Shown here: piece by piece, positions 61,917-64,000 of the stretch | Layout of the letters: each line of letters opens with the position of its first letter | Position numbering within the stretch: the first letter of the stretch is position 1 | Assembly: GCA_001778985.1 (NCBI GenBank) | Contig: MFIU01000004.1 | Coordinates: 67,067-131,066, forward strand | Source of the DNA: Candidatus Giovannonibacteria bacterium RIFOXYD1_FULL_48_21 | GTDB taxonomy: Bacteria; Patescibacteriota; Minisyncoccia; JACPKW01; UBA11713 | Direction of reading: 5' to 3' | Length of the DNA stretch: 64,000 nt | Translations under genes and position numbers: made by a program | The notes under the pieces: generated by a model | The model's database searches: none | What the model was told of the DNA's origin: nothing | The model's input: only the letters and a program-made list of their open reading frames with translations

Positions 61917-62249
61917 TTATACCTCCACTTTCCCCGGCTTCTCTCTCCAACCTCCCAAGAGATGCAGATGGAGATGTTCCACCACCTGCCCGCCCGCCGG
62001 GCCTACGTTAAAAACAAGCTTATAACCCTCGAGTTTTTTCTCGGCCGCGATTTTTTTTGCTATTTCGACCGTAGTACCGATGAGCTCCCCTTTCGCCTCC
62101 AGAACTGAAGCCAAATGTTCTTTCGGCAATACTAAAATATGGACCGGCGCTTTCGGATGAATATCCTCAAAAGCGACGAACTTTTCGTCTTCAAAAACGA
62201 ACTGGGCGGGAATTTCCTTTTGAGAAATTTTGCAAAAGATACAATTCAT
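61917..62249 (-). CDS. HIT-family (histidine triad) hydrolase
   Basis: 'CIFCKI' and 'HLHLHLLGG' histidine triad. Confidence 0.85.
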   Translation of the reverse strand: MNCIFCKISQKEIPAQFVFEDEKFVAFEDIHPKAPVHILVLPKEHLASVLEAKGELIGTTVEIAKKIAAEKKLEGYKLVFNVGPAGGQVVEHLHLHLLGGWREKPGKVEV

Positions 62250-62250
62250 T

Positions 62251-63600
62251 TCATTTGAATTTCAGTTTCAAGCGCTCGAGCGCCTTGGCCACCGGCAAAG
62301 TCTCCTGCATGCCGGAGTCCATGTTACGGATAATAATGGTACCTTCGAGGGCTTCCTTCTGGCCCATAATCAAGCTGAATTCAACTCCGAGTTTTGAGGC
62401 CAAGCGGAGCTGGCCCCGGAGCGAATCCTTGGAGAGCGACTGGGCTAGAGGAATTCTAGCCTTTCGAAAATCTTCCATCAAGCTTAAAATCTTCCGTTTG
62501 GCCGCCATGCCCAGTTGAATCAGAAAGACCTGCGGTCTCTCGGTTTTCAAAAGTTGAGCGCGGTCTTTTTCTTCCGGGCGGGATGAAACGAGCTCGGCTA
62601 TCCGATCAATGCCCAGCGCCGCTCCCGCGGCCGCCAAATCTTTTCCAGCCAAAACCTGCGCCAGATAATCGTATCTCCCTCCGCCTCCCAATTCAACCCG
62701 CTTCCCGCCTTGACTCGCGGAAGGCGAGGCAGGCCCGCCGGTTTCGCCCTCGGCTTCGGTTTTGCCCGTAGTCACGAACTCAAAAACCGTTCGGGTGTAA
62801 TAATCAAAACCTCGCACCAGCTGCGGGTTCAGCCGATAAGGCAATTCCAGGGAGTCCATGAATTCCAAAACTTCTTTGAAGTGCGCTTTGCATTCCTCGC
62901 AGACGTATTCCAGCATCTGCGGCGCTTTGGCTTTAAATTCCTGACAGGAGGGCTCTTTGCAGTCCAAAAGCCGGAGAGGATTTTCTTTAAACCTCCGCTT
63001 GCAGTCTTTGCAGAGTTTTTCGAAATGCTTCCGATAAAAAGCCACCAGTTCCTTCTTCCAAGTCGGCCGGCATTCTTTGTCTCCGAGGGTGTTCAATTCC
63101 AAGCTCGTCTCAATCCCAAGTTCTTTGAAAATCAGACTGCAGACTCGGATGATGGTGGCTTCGGCCACCGCCAGCTCTTCACCCAAAATTTCAAGACCAA
63201 ATTGGTTGAATTCGCGAAAACGCCCCTTCTGCGGGCTCTCGTGCCTGAAAAATGAGCCGGAATAATAAAGCATGACTGGCTGTGGCCAAGAGCCAAGGCC
63301 GTGTTCGAAATAAGCGCGCACCGCCGGCACGGTTCCCTCCGGCCGCAGAACCAAAGCATCTCCGCCCCTGGTCCGAAAAGTGTACGTCTGTTTCTCCACC
63401 ACATCCGTGCTCTCGCCCAAGGAGGCTCCAAAAAGTTCGGCATGCTCGAAATGCGGGGTTTGAATCTCCTGAAAACCATAGTAGCTGGAAAACTCCTGGG
63501 CGGTTTTTTGGATTTTCCTCACAACCGAAAGCTCGGACTCTAAAAGATCCCTCGTGCCCCTGGGCGTTTTTAATAGTTCTCTCTTAACTTTCGAACCCAT
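62251..63600 (-). CDS. hisS: histidine--tRNA ligase
   Basis: Class II aaRS motifs, 'ALVLRPEGT' and the HisRS anticodon-binding C-terminus. It carries a Gly/Glu-rich insertion. Confidence 0.9.
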   Translation of the reverse strand: MGSKVKRELLKTPRGTRDLLESELSVVRKIQKTAQEFSSYYGFQEIQTPHFEHAELFGASLGESTDVVEKQTYTFRTRGGDALVLRPEGTVPAVRAYFEHGLGSWPQPVMLYYSGSFFRHESPQKGRFREFNQFGLEILGEELAVAEATIIRVCSLIFKELGIETSLELNTLGDKECRPTWKKELVAFYRKHFEKLCKDCKRRFKENPLRLLDCKEPSCQEFKAKAPQMLEYVCEECKAHFKEVLEFMDSLELPYRLNPQLVRGFDYYTRTVFEFVTTGKTEAEGETGGPASPSASQGGKRVELGGGGRYDYLAQVLAGKDLAAAGAALGIDRIAELVSSRPEEKDRAQLLKTERPQVFLIQLGMAAKRKILSLMEDFRKARIPLAQSLSKDSLRGQLRLASKLGVEFSLIMGQKEALEGTIIIRNMDSGMQETLPVAKALERLKLKFK

Positions 63601-64000
63601 AAACTCCCGGTAAAAAATTTAATCTATTCGGCGGCCACAGTCGTAAGAGGGCCCGGCCTATAATCAGTCCTTTATCTAATGTTCCCCATTTTCTGGAATC
63701 CGAGGAAAAGAGTCGGTTGTCGCCGAGCATAAAATATTCGCCGGCCCCCAGCTCGACGACGCTGTCAGGCGTGGTGAGGGCTTCGCTCAAATAAGGCTCG
63801 TCGAGCTCTTCTCCCTTAATAAAAATTTTGTTATTGCGAATCTCGAGCGACTCGCCCGGAAGCCCTATTATTCTTTTGATAAAAAATTTCGAGGGGTCTT
63901 GGGGAAAGCGAAAAACTATAACCTCGCCCCGCTGGGGTTCGCGAAACCGGTAAGAGAGCTCATCGATAACAAGATATTCGCCGTCCTCAAAAGTCGGCTC
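63584..64000 (-). CDS. lepB: signal peptidase I (5' end beyond the window)
   Basis: 'YFMLGDNRLFSSDSRKWG', and upstream in the same frame 'VIVFRFPQDPSKFFIKRIIGLPGE'. Confidence 0.8.
   Translation of the reverse strand, partial: EPTFEDGEYLVIDELSYRFREPQRGEVIVFRFPQDPSKFFIKRIIGLPGESLEIRNNKIFIKGEELDEPYLSEALTTPDSVVELGAGEYFMLGDNRLFSSDSRKWGTLDKGLIIGRALLRLWPPNRLNFLPGVYGFES

Overview
This 64 kb window looks like a chromosomal segment of a small-genome bacterium, most likely of the Candidate Phyla Radiation (Patescibacteria) type. The evidence is a bacterial type-A RNase P RNA, a release-factor-2 gene with the classic CTT-TGA-C programmed +1 frameshift, the division and excision-repair genes ftsA, ftsZ, ftsEX, murJ, lepA and uvrA/uvrC, TGA used as a normal stop, compact overlapping genes and large Ser/Thr/Gly-rich surface proteins. 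The housekeeping backbone contains a B12 module (adenosyltransferase, class II ribonucleotide reductase and a small membrane protein), groES-groEL with a CIRCE-like operator, and rpsF-ssb-rpsR. It also contains the rpsU-yqeY-ybeY-ftsA run, hisS, trpS, RNase J, secG, ychF and six to seven tRNA genes. Several things in the window are unusual. (1) A complete LexA repressor (HTH, Ala-Gly cleavage site, Ser/Lys S24 peptidase) is fused in one ORF to a beta-class N6/N4 DNA methyltransferase. Its stop codon overlaps, tail to tail, that of a putative PD-(D/E)xK restriction endonuclease, which suggests an SOS-coupled restriction-modification (R-M) module. (2) A family of ~105 bp inverted-repeat MITE-like elements (16 bp terminal repeats CCCGTTAGAAAATCT) has inserted with a TGAA target duplication exactly into the start codons of ychF and ssb, and the duplication recreates the starts. 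A related repeat pair encloses a complete tRNA-Thr(CGT) inside the anticodon region of another, split tRNA gene. (3) ftsA and ftsZ are separated by a ~7.6 kb co-directional island carrying relBE, hicAB and a VirD4/TraG-like ATPase. Within it a ~90 nt repeat occurs three times at gene 3' ends and is conserved at the peptide level. (4) There are smaller accessory islands: an AT-rich island between groES and uvrA with very strongly signalled small ORFs, and a toxin-antitoxin (TA) island between tRNA genes. No CRISPR array or rRNA gene is present.
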